Positions 36,664 through 47,808 of a stretch of DNA of 64,000 nt are shown one piece after another. The position numbers were made by a program, and so were the translations under genes. The notes under the pieces are model-generated. The model saw only the letters and a program-made list of their open reading frames with translations, was not told the DNA's origin and did no database searches. Source of the DNA: Rhizodiscina lignyota (taxonomy: Eukaryota). The first letter of the stretch is position 1. The number at the start of each line of letters is the position of its first letter. The DNA is taken from the NCBI GenBank assembly GCA_010015805.1, contig ML978124.1, forward strand, positions 930,001 to 994,000, read 5' to 3'.

Positions 36664-36929
36664 TGCGTACAATCAAAGAGATATATAAAGCAATGTAAGA
36701 CGCGAGAAGCTGTAGGAGTGTTTTAAGAAGAGAAGATTTTATGAACCTCGAAATTCTTTCATCTGATTGTTGTCGCAATTGAGATGTCGTCCAGGCGGTG
36801 AATCTGGAAAATCTTAAAAAGGCAGGGGACCCCCGTGCGGGAGCAGCCGCCGCTAGCTGTCACGAACAAAAAGTGAAGCTTTGAAGGACTTCAATATTCA
36901 GCACTGGACAAATCTGCACGCACTCACTC

Positions 36930-37796
36930 ATGTCGTGGTTCTGGAAATCCCCGTCACCACCATCCGAAACGAGCTCAAGCACAACAACGGAGGCGGCGAA
37001 ATGCCCCGTCGACCACAAAGCGCGCGCCGCATGGCTCGAGCAAGCTAGATCCGAACCTCCGCCATCCCATCCTCCCATATCAAGCACCACACAAGGCTGC
37101 GACTCCTCCCAAATAGACCAATCGCCCTCTCCTCATCCTTCTCTCGCCGCCGCGCCACTCCCCCTCGGCACGACCCGCGAAGTTTCCACAATCCCGCGCG
37201 CTTCTACCATCCCATCCATCACCCCATCATCCACCACCCCATCTCCACCCGCACCCACCCAATGCCCCGCGAATAGCGAGTCCGACACCCCGGCCGACGC
37301 CGCGACCGGAAACTGGATCTACCCCTCAGAGCGCATGTTCTTCGACGCCATGAAGCGCAAGAACTTCGACCCGCGCGCCGCCGACATGCGCTCCATCGTG
37401 CCGATCCACAACGCCGTCAACGAGCGCGCGTGGGCCGAGATCAAGGCGTGGGAGCGCGACCAGGGCGGCGAGTCGTGCGGCGGGCCGAAGCTGGTTTCGT
37501 TCAAAGGATTGGGCTCGCCCGAGGGCGACAGCGATGGCGTCTTGGGCGCGCTGTTTGCGCAGAATCTGACGCCGCGGGCGAGGTGGAATGTGCTGATGGG
37601 CGCGAGGGCGCCGTTCGATCGGCATGACTGGGTGGTGGATCGGTGTGGGACGAAGGTGGAGTATGTGATTGATTTCTATGCGGGGAAGAACGAGGGGAGG
37701 GAGGGGAAGGCGCTGAATTTCTATTTGGATGTCAGGCCGAAGCTGAATTCGTGGGAGGGGGCGAGGATGAGGGCGTCGAGAGTGGTTGGGCTGTAG
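36930..37796 (+). CDS. CYT2: Holocytochrome c-type synthase, cytochrome c1 heme lyase type
   Basis: CPVDH heme motif, REVSTIPRA, GNWIYPSERMFFDAMKRK, IVPIHNAVNERAW, PFDRHDWVVDRCG, YVIDFY, FYLDVRP. Confidence 0.88.
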   Translation: MSWFWKSPSPPSETSSSTTTEAAKCPVDHKARAAWLEQARSEPPPSHPPISSTTQGCDSSQIDQSPSPHPSLAAAPLPLGTTREVSTIPRASTIPSITPSSTTPSPPAPTQCPANSESDTPADAATGNWIYPSERMFFDAMKRKNFDPRAADMRSIVPIHNAVNERAWAEIKAWERDQGGESCGGPKLVSFKGLGSPEGDSDGVLGALFAQNLTPRARWNVLMGARAPFDRHDWVVDRCGTKVEYVIDFYAGKNEGREGKALNFYLDVRPKLNSWEGARMRASRVVGL

Positions 37797-38846
37797 AGAG
37801 CGTAAGGAGACTCGGAACTGGTTTCGAGCTCATGGGCAGGATCAGCAGAACTGGCCGACTCTAGCTATGCAAGAGGGAGAATACACTGAGCCTGACTACG
37901 AGCTACACCTTCTGAAGGACAAGCCGGATAGATCTGAATGGGTTCGCGGTCGATCGGAGTCTGGTCAAGCTACCTCCGCCAACACAGTCAACTGCAGAAT
38001 ACTGGATGCAAGGTAGAGTGTAATTGTTTCGACTGAACGGAATTGCCAGTTTAAGATTGGCTGTAAAGAGGTCGGCCATGTACATCATTTGTGACAATAG
38101 CTTTGTATGATATCCACTCCAAACGAAACACATCTTGATCGCAAATAGGAGCCGAACCGGCTTCAATATAGAGGCTAAATGAATGGACACTACGGACTCT
38201 ACATGAAGCTATGTACGAGGAGGAAGCGGTGTGGAATCGTAAATTGTTACTTCTCGATGGTCAAACGGATAGGAATAGGTTCGTGATTGAGCAGAGTTTA
38301 GGTGAGTCACTATAGTCAATAGTCATTTGTAGATGGTTTAAACATAGGGTTAAGTGTATTTGTTTCGATATAGAGGAGTCCCTGTGGCTTACATTTACCT
38401 ATAGTTACCTAACCTGCACCTTTTATACACTTGGACAAGCTGTAACGCCAAAGGTCAGCAAGAGTATGTCTGAGAGCTTAATTCCAATCTGGAGTGTCTG
38501 GAGTAATGTTGTACCATTGAAAATCTTATACATCTTCTTCGTTATGGCGCCTATGCACCATAGCTATTCAGTGTCTTGAAAACTTTGGCCAACTTATTTC
38601 TCACCTTAAAGGCACGAAAGTTCGGGGCAAAGCAACCTAAGCTTGGGTGCCTAGCTACCTAAGCCTAGGTGCGGAGCTGGTTGAAATTTTGCCCCGCTTT
38701 TGGACCGAATGCCCCTCGTCACGCGTTCCAAAAGAGGTAAGTACGCGCCGCGTCTCTTTTGCGGCTCTCATCGCCTCAACGTCAACGTCAACGATCTCAT
38801 CCATCACGTCCACATTCGCGTCTTTTACGCGCCATTCATTCCCACA

Positions 38847-39632
38847 ATGCTCGCGACATACCCATCATCGTCGCCAGTCACGTACTACGATAGTTACCAG
38901 CACTACATCCCGTCGCGCTCGTCTCCGCTGTCGCCGCGCTCCGCAAATGCGCGTACCTACCCGCCGCAATACGTCCATCCATCCTGCGACGAGAACGGTA
39001 CGATGCCAAAGATCCCACCAAGTTCACCATCGAAAACGCGAAAACGCTCAGAGTTGCCCTTCTCAAAGCGGCCGATAAAAGCGAACCCGATGCTCCAGCG
39101 ACAGAAAGCACCTGAGGCGCGAGAGCAGAGACGGAAGATGTTCCTGCAGAAAGTGTCGCGCGACAGAGATGATCAGAGGTTCTCGGAGAGAGGAGAGCAG
39201 TTGCTGAGACTCGACTTTAAGTCTGAACGGCGGCGTTGGGAGGACGAGAAGGCGAGAAGCGCGCCGAACTTCTTCACGGACGCGTTGGAGGAGGAAGATG
39301 AGGGTCCGGTGTTGAGTCAAACCTCCACGACATTCCCGCGGATATCTCAGGTCAGCGACATGAGTATGGGCGAGAGCAGCGTAGATGAACAACAAGAGGC
39401 AGAGCTACTTAGAAGACAAGAGGACGAAGAGATGGACGAATTGCTTGCTCGGATGGATGGAGAGAAGACACAGCATTCTTCTCGGTACGGCAGCGATGAT
39501 GAAGAATACGAGGACATCTTCATGGGGCTGGTTGGCCAGGAACAGCCAAGAATAGGTGGCCGCAATAATGTGCAAGAAGAGCATGATTTTGTCATGGTCC
39601 CCAAGGGAGAAGAGATGGACATGTCAGATTAA
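38847..39632 (+). CDS. Conserved hypothetical protein (basic REQRRKMFLQKV helix and acidic C-terminus; loosely like the RPA-interacting protein N-terminus)
   Basis: Open frame with SSPLSPRSANA, REQRRKMFLQKVSRDRDDQRFSERGEQLLRLDF and YGSDDEEYEDIFM blocks. ATG in CACAATG context. Confidence 0.7.
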   Translation: MLATYPSSSPVTYYDSYQHYIPSRSSPLSPRSANARTYPPQYVHPSCDENGTMPKIPPSSPSKTRKRSELPFSKRPIKANPMLQRQKAPEAREQRRKMFLQKVSRDRDDQRFSERGEQLLRLDFKSERRRWEDEKARSAPNFFTDALEEEDEGPVLSQTSTTFPRISQVSDMSMGESSVDEQQEAELLRRQEDEEMDELLARMDGEKTQHSSRYGSDDEEYEDIFMGLVGQEQPRIGGRNNVQEEHDFVMVPKGEEMDMSD

Positions 39633-39828
39633 GGACTCGTCATGATTCTGTAATTCGTACATACGGTGGAAGCTACAGGCGGCGTTTCATACATCGAATG
39701 GGTCGCAAGATATGGATATGGCGTCTGAGTGACTTATGGCGTTCTGTGGGGGACTATACCGTTTCACAAGCTACGCGCAAGTAATGCGTAGATCGGAAAT
39801 CGGATCTTGTTCCAAAACGAAAATGGTA

Positions 39829-40911
39829 TCATTGTGTAGGACAACCAGCATCCAATTCTCCCAACGCCTCTTGTGCAGCGCTCATGTCTCCAACCAAATC
39901 CGCAGGCGGGGATCCTGCAGCTTGCATCTGCTCTCGAAATCAGTGCATGTTCATCGTGGCAACTTTCCTCACTCCTCACCTTTTGCATCCGCTCTACTAT
40001 ATATTCACGATCCTTTGTGTTGCTATCACTGTAGGTCTTCTCCTCAAAGCGCGCGACAATCTCCCTGACCAATGTCTGCTGCTCGTCATACCTTTGCAAG
40101 TCGTCTTTCGGTGTCTTCTCCCGGTTCTTCTCCATCCATGCCGGGAACTTGTCGTCCAGCTCTTTCATCGGCTCGTAGAGGATCTCCTTGTTCGTCAACT
40201 GTTCCATCATGCCCATGAGCATCTTGCTGAAATCCTCATCGCCACCCTCCCCACCAAACCCGCCCTTCTCCATCTCTTTCAGCATCTGCGCGAGCATATC
40301 GTCTTCCGAAGAACTAGCCGCGGCATTAGTGGCAGTTTCGGAGGATGTCTGCATGCGCTCCATGGTACGGCGTATGGCGTCTTGAAAGTTTTCGTCGGGC
40401 TTGCCGTCTTTCTTGCTCTCTCCTGGCGCGGCAGACGTGCTACCCTCTATGCCCGCTGTAGCGCCTGACGCGGCAGCGGCTGCCAGTGTAGGGTCGACCT
40501 GGTCTGCTGCCTCTGCAGCTGCACCCCCTAGTTCCTTGACAAGCTTCTCGAACTCTTTCTGCATCTCTGGCGAATTGTTGAGTTCACCGAGGAGGTCGGC
40601 CATGCCATCTTGGAGTTGGCGGGCAAAGTCATCTTCAGGAGATGCGCCGGTGGCAGGATCACTCGAGGAGGGTATGGTGCCAGATGTCGTCGGCGGCCGT
40701 CCCGGTCCTGACGCTGCTGGCGTCGGCTCTTTCGTGTCTAGCTTGAGGGCGGAGAATTCGTCTAGGACATCTGTTTCTGACTGTCAGTTCTACATACGTC
40801 ACTTGACATGAGTAAACAGAAGAGGGGGAGCGGACCGTCGAGCTCGTCCAAATCGTCCTCCTCGGGGTCAGGCGCGGTGTCAACATGGTCTGCCTTCTTC
40901 TCTTCCGCCAT
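39829..40911 (-). CDS. PEX19: Peroxisomal membrane protein chaperone/receptor Pex19
   Basis: PDPEEDDLDELD|DVLDEF, MMEQLTNKEILYEPMKELDDKFP, MQK|MQAAGSPPADLVG, C-terminal CaaX CPTQ*. Introns at ~40771-40835 and ~39928-39979. Confidence 0.95.
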
Positions 40912-41351
40912 ATTGGTCTGAATATGCGAATATAAAAGAGCGACTGCACATAGGAGTAGGATATAGGTAGAGGATGGGATTGCGAAAACTCCGCCAAACC
41001 AGATGAGCCGCCGAGCAAATAGAGGGGCGCGTCATGCGAGTGTTTGGGGGCCCTTGCACCGAGGCTAGCGGGGCACTCAGCCGGAGCGTGTGCAGATTCC
41101 AGGCGCCTTCCGCTGCCCGGCGATCCCTGCAGGCCCAGCTATCAGATGCTGCGTGAGGCGCTGGAGAGCCTTTGACATCAACTTCACTCGCGCCGCGCTC
41201 GCCTCCAAGCACTCTACAACACGTTCATTCGCTGCGTAGCGCATCCCATCGCGGTCGCGTGACCTTGTTTATTCAGCCTTAAGTACTTCCGCCACACTTC
41301 CTCCTCTCTCCTTCAACAAACCTCGAGTACCGCCAAACACTCTCATTCAAG

Positions 41352-41946
41352 ATGTCGATGCTCTGTCAAGCAAGGCTGCAGGAGGAGAGGTGAGTGATAA
41401 CACACATCGCAACAAGGAAACAACGTAACAGTCTTATCAGGAAGCAGTGGCGCAAAGACCATCCTTTCGGCTTCTTCGCAAAGCCCGTTCGCAATTCGCA
41501 GGGCGTGCTGGATCTGAAGAAGTGGGAATGCGGCGTCCCCGGCAAAGACAAGACTCTCTGGGAAGGCGGCCTCTTCAAACTCGAAGTAACATTCCCCGAT
41601 GGTAAGGCTCTCCGCAAATGCGATCTTCATCTCGTCCCACGCGACTAATAGCTCATTGGCGCCAACAGAGTACCCAACAAAGCCTCCGAAGTGCAAGTTC
41701 GTGCCGCCCCTCTTCCACCCGAACGTCTACCCCTCCGGTACCGTGTGCCTCTCAATCCTCAACGAGGAGGAAGGCTGGAAGCCGGCCATCACGATCAAGG
41801 AGATATTGATAGGTATCCAGAGCCTGCTGAACGAGCCGAACCCGGAGTCGCCTGCGCAGGCTGAGGCGTACAATCTGTTCAAGAAGGATCGCTCGGCGTA
41901 CGAGCGCAAGGTGAAGCACATTGTCAGGGAGAATCCTGCACCATGA
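41352..41946 (+). CDS. UBC9: SUMO-conjugating enzyme E2
   Basis: [28 protein letters not shown]...WECGVPGK...WEGGLFKL...[34 protein letters not shown]. Introns at ~41390-41440 and ~41602-41668. Confidence 0.97.
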
Positions 41947-42592
41947 GCTCGGAATTGAAAAGGCATAATGAAAAACCGAGTCCCTGGGGTGGGCGAATTG
42001 GCTCATGACACGGTGTTTCGGAGTGTGGGGAGGGTGGCATTTAGGACTGCGAAGAGGGCAGGCTGAGAACAGTGGAGTTCGATTGTCATGGGGAGGCGTT
42101 ATGATTTGGCATATGCGGGGCATCAAACGAATGATGATACGGATATGAGTGAATGGCTTCTGCATGGCGATTTGGAGTTTACACAGAAGACTTAGCTCCG
42201 GTGTGCAATTTCGTCGACCATGGCTTGCCTGTGAAGGCAGCGCTGCCGGTTCTCTCGATTCTGTCTATGATACACTAGATGGCGCCATCATGATTGCACG
42301 AAGCTCTTCAAACTTCCAAAACTTCCACACCGGTTTCACTACACAACGGGCGGTTGCCGCACCGTACCAATTCGTTGCTGTGCAAGGTTCACGTCCGCAC
42401 ATTTGTCTTGAATTTTTCTTTTGCAATGGCCGACTCTTGTTTTCCTTCAGAGGCGATCGGAAGCCCAGACTCCACTAAAAGTACAATGCCTCTCTTAACC
42501 TTTGCTTCAACACCATTTTGTTTTGAAATTCAAGAGTCCACTATTCCGAAAACCGGCACCATCGAATGTCTCCAAGCTTCAGCGCTGCTCCT

Positions 42593-42736
42593 TCAGTACG
42601 GTGCATAACCGCGGCCGCGACCACGATAGCCTCCACGGTAGCCGCCGCCTCGTGGAGGGTACGGCGGCGCTCCATAGCCCCCGCGATAACCACCTCCTCC
42701 TCTGCCACCTCGCATTGGTGGTCCACCGCCACCACG

Positions 42737-42769
<33 letters not shown>

Positions 42770-43635
42770 AGCACCACCACCGCGGCCACCTCTCGCCATT
42801 CCTGGAAGATTCGTACGTTTCGGGACAACCTGCGGGGTGATTAGATTGGGGAATAAGTAGGGGTATAAGGACAGCTAACCTTGAGGGCGCGGCCTCGGAA
42901 GGTGCTCTCGTTGAGGACCAGCGCCTGAGCAACAAGACTCGGCTCTGTGAACTCCACGTACGCGTACCTGCGTCAACACGCTCATATTAGCGTCTGTTCG
43001 GGCCACCTCTTGACTTTTGCCAGGTAGCGAGAAGAATCATATGTGTGTAACAGATAGCAAAACATGGTCACGGTAGCAGCGGTGATTGGGCTCGTTGAAG
43101 TTCGTTCCGAACCAACTCTTGAAACATTTCACACAATGTGGCGCGCGCTCTTGGATGGAAATTGTGCGTGCATCTTTCAATGTACTGACCCCTTGGGATG
43201 TCCCGTGAACTTGTCCAGCAGGATGGTGACCCTGTTGATGCTGCCGCACGTGCGGAAGTGGTTCTGGATCTCCTCCGGCGACGCGCCGTAGTCGACGTTG
43301 CCCACGAACACGCTGCGCGCATCGATATCTTCCTTGTTCTCGCGGAGGTCGTGGGTCTGCTGGTCCAGCTCGGTCTGCATCTCGCGCAGCTTCGCCGCCT
43401 CAGCCTCCATCTCGGATACGCGCTTCTTCATCGCGGCGATTTCTTCCTGTTGATAGTAAAACGGGTTCCTGTTAGCGAGGATGCTTGGTGTTCCTTACAG
43501 CCTAGCCTTGCGAAACGAGCGAGGCCCAGTAGGCGCGTTGGCGATTGTTCGTACCTCATCGCGATCATCCTCAACGGGTTCTGCATTGCCACCCGCAGCA
43601 GGCACGGGTTCAGGGTGAGTATCGATATCCGACAT
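42593..43635 (-). CDS. PAB2: Nuclear poly(A)-binding protein (PABPN1/Pab2)
   Basis: [24 protein letters not shown] coiled coil, [43 protein letters not shown] tail ending [10 protein letters not shown]. Three introns at ~43447-43555, ~42968-43189 and ~42836-42879. Confidence 0.93.
42737..42763. repeat. (GCC)9 trinucleotide tract, poly-Gly in the Pab2 RGG tail
   Basis: Perfect GCC repeats; the minus strand reads GGC = Gly. Confidence 0.9.
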
Positions 43636-44108
43636 CGCGTCTGTCTGAGCTCTTGTCACCTCCTCGATTCAAGGTGCAGCGAATCCTGGTGTCCGCAGTC
43701 GACAAAATTGAAGTTCAAGAAGTTGTGTGTAGTTGCTGAAGAAAAAAGAGGGGGGAAACATGAAACGGAAAAGTAGGGTGGCTCCGCGGCTGCGCGTTAT
43801 GTGTTAATGATGGCGGACGCGAGTGAAGCTCTTGTGAAAGAGCTTAGCCTTGGTGAAGAAGAGCCGCATGGCGTATTTTCCGGAGTTTCTCCGGCGAAGC
43901 GCTAAGGGTCCGAGCACGTGGCTCTCGAGGAGTCGTCGTCACCTGCACCTGCAGTTCCCCTGCCAAGTTCCAAGTTCCAATATCGGATTGCTACAAAAGC
44001 AAAGGCACTCGTCCATAGTTTGTTTGAGCGATTGAACCTTTTCAGTCCCCACTCGATGTTATATATCTCTGCTTTGATGTCCTCCTGCTTCTCCTAAGCC
44101 CAAAAACC

Positions 44109-44879
44109 ATGTCCGAACAGCAACCACTTCTCGAGTCGGCGCATCATGAGCTCAAACCTCCAAAGACATTCTCCCACTGGCTGAATCCTGCCACCAAATA
44201 CGTTGGCGGAACTCGCCATCAAGTCCAGAGATTTCTCACCTCGAAATATGGCCATTACTCTGTTCTAGTTCTCGTCACCCTAGACGTCTCTTGCATCTTT
44301 GCCGGTACTGCTCGACTCCTCTCATTTGTTACTCTCAATTGGTCGCGAAGAAATCCACAGATTAGTTACTTGAAACATGAATTGAGCGTTCGTCTTCTGC
44401 AGATTTCGTGATAAACCTCCATACTTGCTCCAGCAAGCATATCGGCAAAGGCTTCGAGGACGCCCTCAATGTCCTCGGCATCGTCAGTCTTGTCTTCTCG
44501 TGCCTCTTCATGGTAGAATTGCTGGCCTCGATATGGGCATTTGGCAAGGAGTAAGTTTGTCTCGCACAATGCTGATATACCTCATGTACTTGTCGCTGCC
44601 ATTCTGATTCGTTGCAGTTATCTTCGCTCTTGGTTCCACATTTTCGATGCTGTTGTCATTATAGTCGGCTTTGTCGTCGACGTTCTGCTCCACGGCGTGC
44701 TCGAGGAAATCGCCTCGCTGGTCGTGGTGCTGCGTCTGTGGCGTGTGTTCAAGATTATTGAAGAGCTCTCGGCTGGAGCGCAAGAGCAGATGGAGGGCTT
44801 GGAGGAACGCGTCGAAGTACTTGAGGATGAGAAGAGGAACTTGGAGATGAGGATAAGGGAGTTGGAGAGGCGTTCTTGA
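44109..44879 (+). CDS. Voltage-gated proton channel Hv1
   Basis: S1 LVTLDVSCIFAD with the selectivity Asp, S2 FSCLFMVEL, S3 HIFDAVVI, S4 VVLRLWRVFKII (RxWRxxK), C-terminal coiled coil and no pore domain. Introns at ~44305-44402 and ~44551-44617. Confidence 0.88.
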
Positions 44880-45648
44880 GTGTGGCAATACCTAGCTGCC
44901 GGATAAGTTGTAACGCCAAAGGGCAAGTACCTCTTGCTCTTCAAGGCAATCGGGACTATCTCTGAAAGCCTCGTTCTACGCTCCTTGGAATGTACAGAAC
45001 AACAGCACCCTGTTGAATGACTTGTACTCTTAATGGCAGTGGATGCAATGCACCATGACGGGCCAGTGTCTTGAACGCCGTGGCCAACATTTTCGGTACC
45101 CTCGAGGCTGGGAAGGCACTGATGTGTGGAGATCTAATGCAATTGGTGTTGCTTTTCTGTGGAGTATTTCAACTGTAATACTTGTGCCTTACACATACCT
45201 ATTTCTTCCCCGATTTCAGATACCAATCTCATCCACATGAGATCTTAAATTTGGAAGTCTTTGAAGACCACAACTCCATTTGCTCCAGTATATATCACCT
45301 TTCGAAGTCCTCTCTATTCGGGCGAAGGTGCACTAGCAATCAAGCATCCCATTGATTCAGTACGGGATCTAGTCGAAAGAATTAGGCAAAAACTTGAAAT
45401 TTTGGGTATCTGCGGTGCATCCTGTTCCAAGGCGATCCCGCCATGTATACAAAGATAGCTCAACAATCCCAGTTACCTCTACTCAGGCCAAGATACATCA
45501 TCAGTCGAGCATCACATTGATTCAGAGTAGGATCTAATCAAAAGACTTGGGCACTCTTTTTGAATTTCGGGCATCTGCGTCTACGACTATATGCCCACTT
45601 CTGCTCCCTCCTCCCCCATACCTCATGCTGCTCACACAAACGTTCCTC

Positions 45649-46610
45649 TCATACTCTTCCACCGCTCCACCTGATCTGACCTATCAAGGCCTCAGCCTTG
45701 TTCAGCAGCTCCTCCCGAGCCTGCCTACCAATCGCAAGGGCATGCCTCAAAGATGCCTCATCCATCGCCGTGATCTCGTCCTCACTCTTCTCGACCAGTA
45801 CCACGATCTCCATGTTCTCGTCTTCTCGCCATGGGCTCAGCAGTCTTGTCAGATCTCCCCCACTGGCCGACACGAATCCTGGCGGCGGGGCCATGATGCT
45901 CGTCCTGGACTTTGTCGCCTTCATCTTGCTGGCTAACTCTCGATGCTCTTTGATGAGATGGCGGAGCATCTTGTTCATCCTTCCCAGCGCGTTCTGCAGG
46001 CGAGTCGCGTCCATGCGGCCCCAGTCCTCGTCGGGGACGCATCGCTGGCGCCGAGGTGGGTTCTCCAGATACTCGAAGACGGCGTCGATGGTCGCGACGT
46101 CCGGGGTGTTCTTCACCAAGACGGCCGGCTCGAGCTCGTCGGGTGGAAGCCGCGGGGGTCCGCTTTGGTTCGTCGCCATGGTCGTCATAGTCGGCGCGAC
46201 GGACACATCGTCGGCGGCATCGTAGTCGTCGAACCGCGCGGGTTTAGGAGCTGGTGGCGGAGTGCTCTTCGGTTCGACCGGCGTGTCGAGCAGTGAGGTG
46301 CCTGGCGGCAATTGCGTCGGCTGGGGCTCCGGTTCAGGCTTCCAGTCGGACCAGTCTTCGCCCCAGAAAGTGTCGTAAGAGATTTCGGGCTGCCAGTTTG
46401 ACTGACCTGGACTAGTGTTAGGAGTCTTTCACTTTCTGTAAAGCTCTCGATGGGATTGTATGTTGTGCAGAAGATGTGACAAAATGAAAAAGTAGCAGCA
46501 AATTACTTACCGCCTTGTGGTCCTACGTCGCAAGGTACGTCGATGAGAGGCGCGTCGGGATTGGGAGCGCCGGCAAATTTGATATGCTTGTATGTAATTT
46601 GTCGCGCCAT
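45649..46610 (-). CDS. Hypothetical protein
   Basis: MARQITYKHIKFAGAPNPDAPLIDVP...G, intron ~46407-46510 (GTAAGT...CTAAC...CAG) in frame with the 220-aa ORF. No family recognised. Confidence 0.65.
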
Positions 46611-47120
46611 TGCTGATTTAATTGACGAGAATTAGAATGGAAGAGGCGAGTTCTTGTTTGAGGATAGGGGAGGTGTTTTGAGAGTGTGGATTGAAGGAGA
46701 GAAATATCTGAAGAGGGAGAGAGGATGCCTTAATATACGTTGTGCACCATATATGATTTGGCGTAACACTCATGATGAAGTTGGTGTTGGTCGACGGAAG
46801 GTGGTTGAAATAACCTTCAGACGGGATGAATGCTCAACGTCTGATGCGGCAGGAGCGTGTTAGTGTCACTTGCCTCAAGGTCTGGAGCAACAATTCGATA
46901 AAGATCGGCAGAAAACAATGGCCAAGATTTCCCAGCTTGATTGCATTGATGGTTGAAAAGGAATTAGAACGATAGTAAGAATAGAGCCATAATCTCATCC
47001 ACTTGAGCACTTCAAGCCTGAGAATACTCCGCCTGACTTCCAGAATGACCGAATACTCCAGCAAGACAAACGCTCGCAGTCTGAACGCTTGAATCAATTC
47101 CACGCTTCTCCATTCTGTAT

Positions 47121-47808
47121 TTACGCAGCTTTCCTTTGGCCCCCGAAGATATCCTCTAGCAGTCCATTCCAGACCTGCTTGATGGCTCCGGGTTCCTGAT
47201 CCTTCGATGCGCCATTACTCATGCCAGTCGCAGCGGCTACGCGCTCTGCCATCGCAGCAATGTCGACTGCGCTATTGTCGTGAACCTCGGAGAAGGCACG
47301 TGGAGAGGAGATATGGGTGCTGTCCGCAGCAGCGGTGATGATCTCTGGACGCATGACCTGCATAAATTCAGTCAACATACATGCTCACCCCATCGGTTCG
47401 ATTGGTCAAACATACAGGTACTTCATCCTCCGCAGCGTACGCAGGCTGAGTATTGTACAATCCCGAAGGCAGCAAGGGAATGCGCGCAATTGGCGCAGCC
47501 TCGACATCCGGATCGAAGTCGGGGAAGTACGCAAAGTCGATCGTACTTGTATCGCCAACGGCCTTGAGATTCCTGCTGGTGTTGAAATGGCGAACAGTGG
47601 TATTCGAGTTGGACTCAGCAGCGATGGCAAAGTCGGCCTGCTTCTGTGCAGCTTCAAGGTCGCGCTTGACCTGGGCCGCAGCAGGGCGCTCGCTGGTCAG
47701 GAGAGGAGAGGGGAAAGTCGCTGGACCAGTCATATGGAGAGAGCGTTTGTTGCTGGCAGCGGCCAGCCTGTTCAGCTGGCGAAGCGATGTAGCTCTTGAG
47801 GCGGCCAT
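47121..47808 (-). CDS. Conserved fungal hypothetical protein, probable mitochondrial presequence
   Basis: Arg/Ala/Ser-rich N-terminus (MAASRATSLRQLNRLAAASNKRSLHMTG), RHFNTSRNLKAVGDTSTIDFAYFP, intron near 47358-47420, then VMRPEI...VWNGLLEDIFG. Confidence 0.75.

Noticed and set aside
42968..43189. Longer (~220 nt) PAB2 intron as a possible snoRNA host or autoregulatory element
   Set aside because: Only small hairpins and repeated CAAGAG words; no convincing C/D or H/ACA box arrangement.
12223..44879. A pH-homeostasis gene cluster (PalA, Hv1, CCZ1)
   Set aside because: The genes are dispersed among unrelated housekeeping genes and share no visible regulatory signature.
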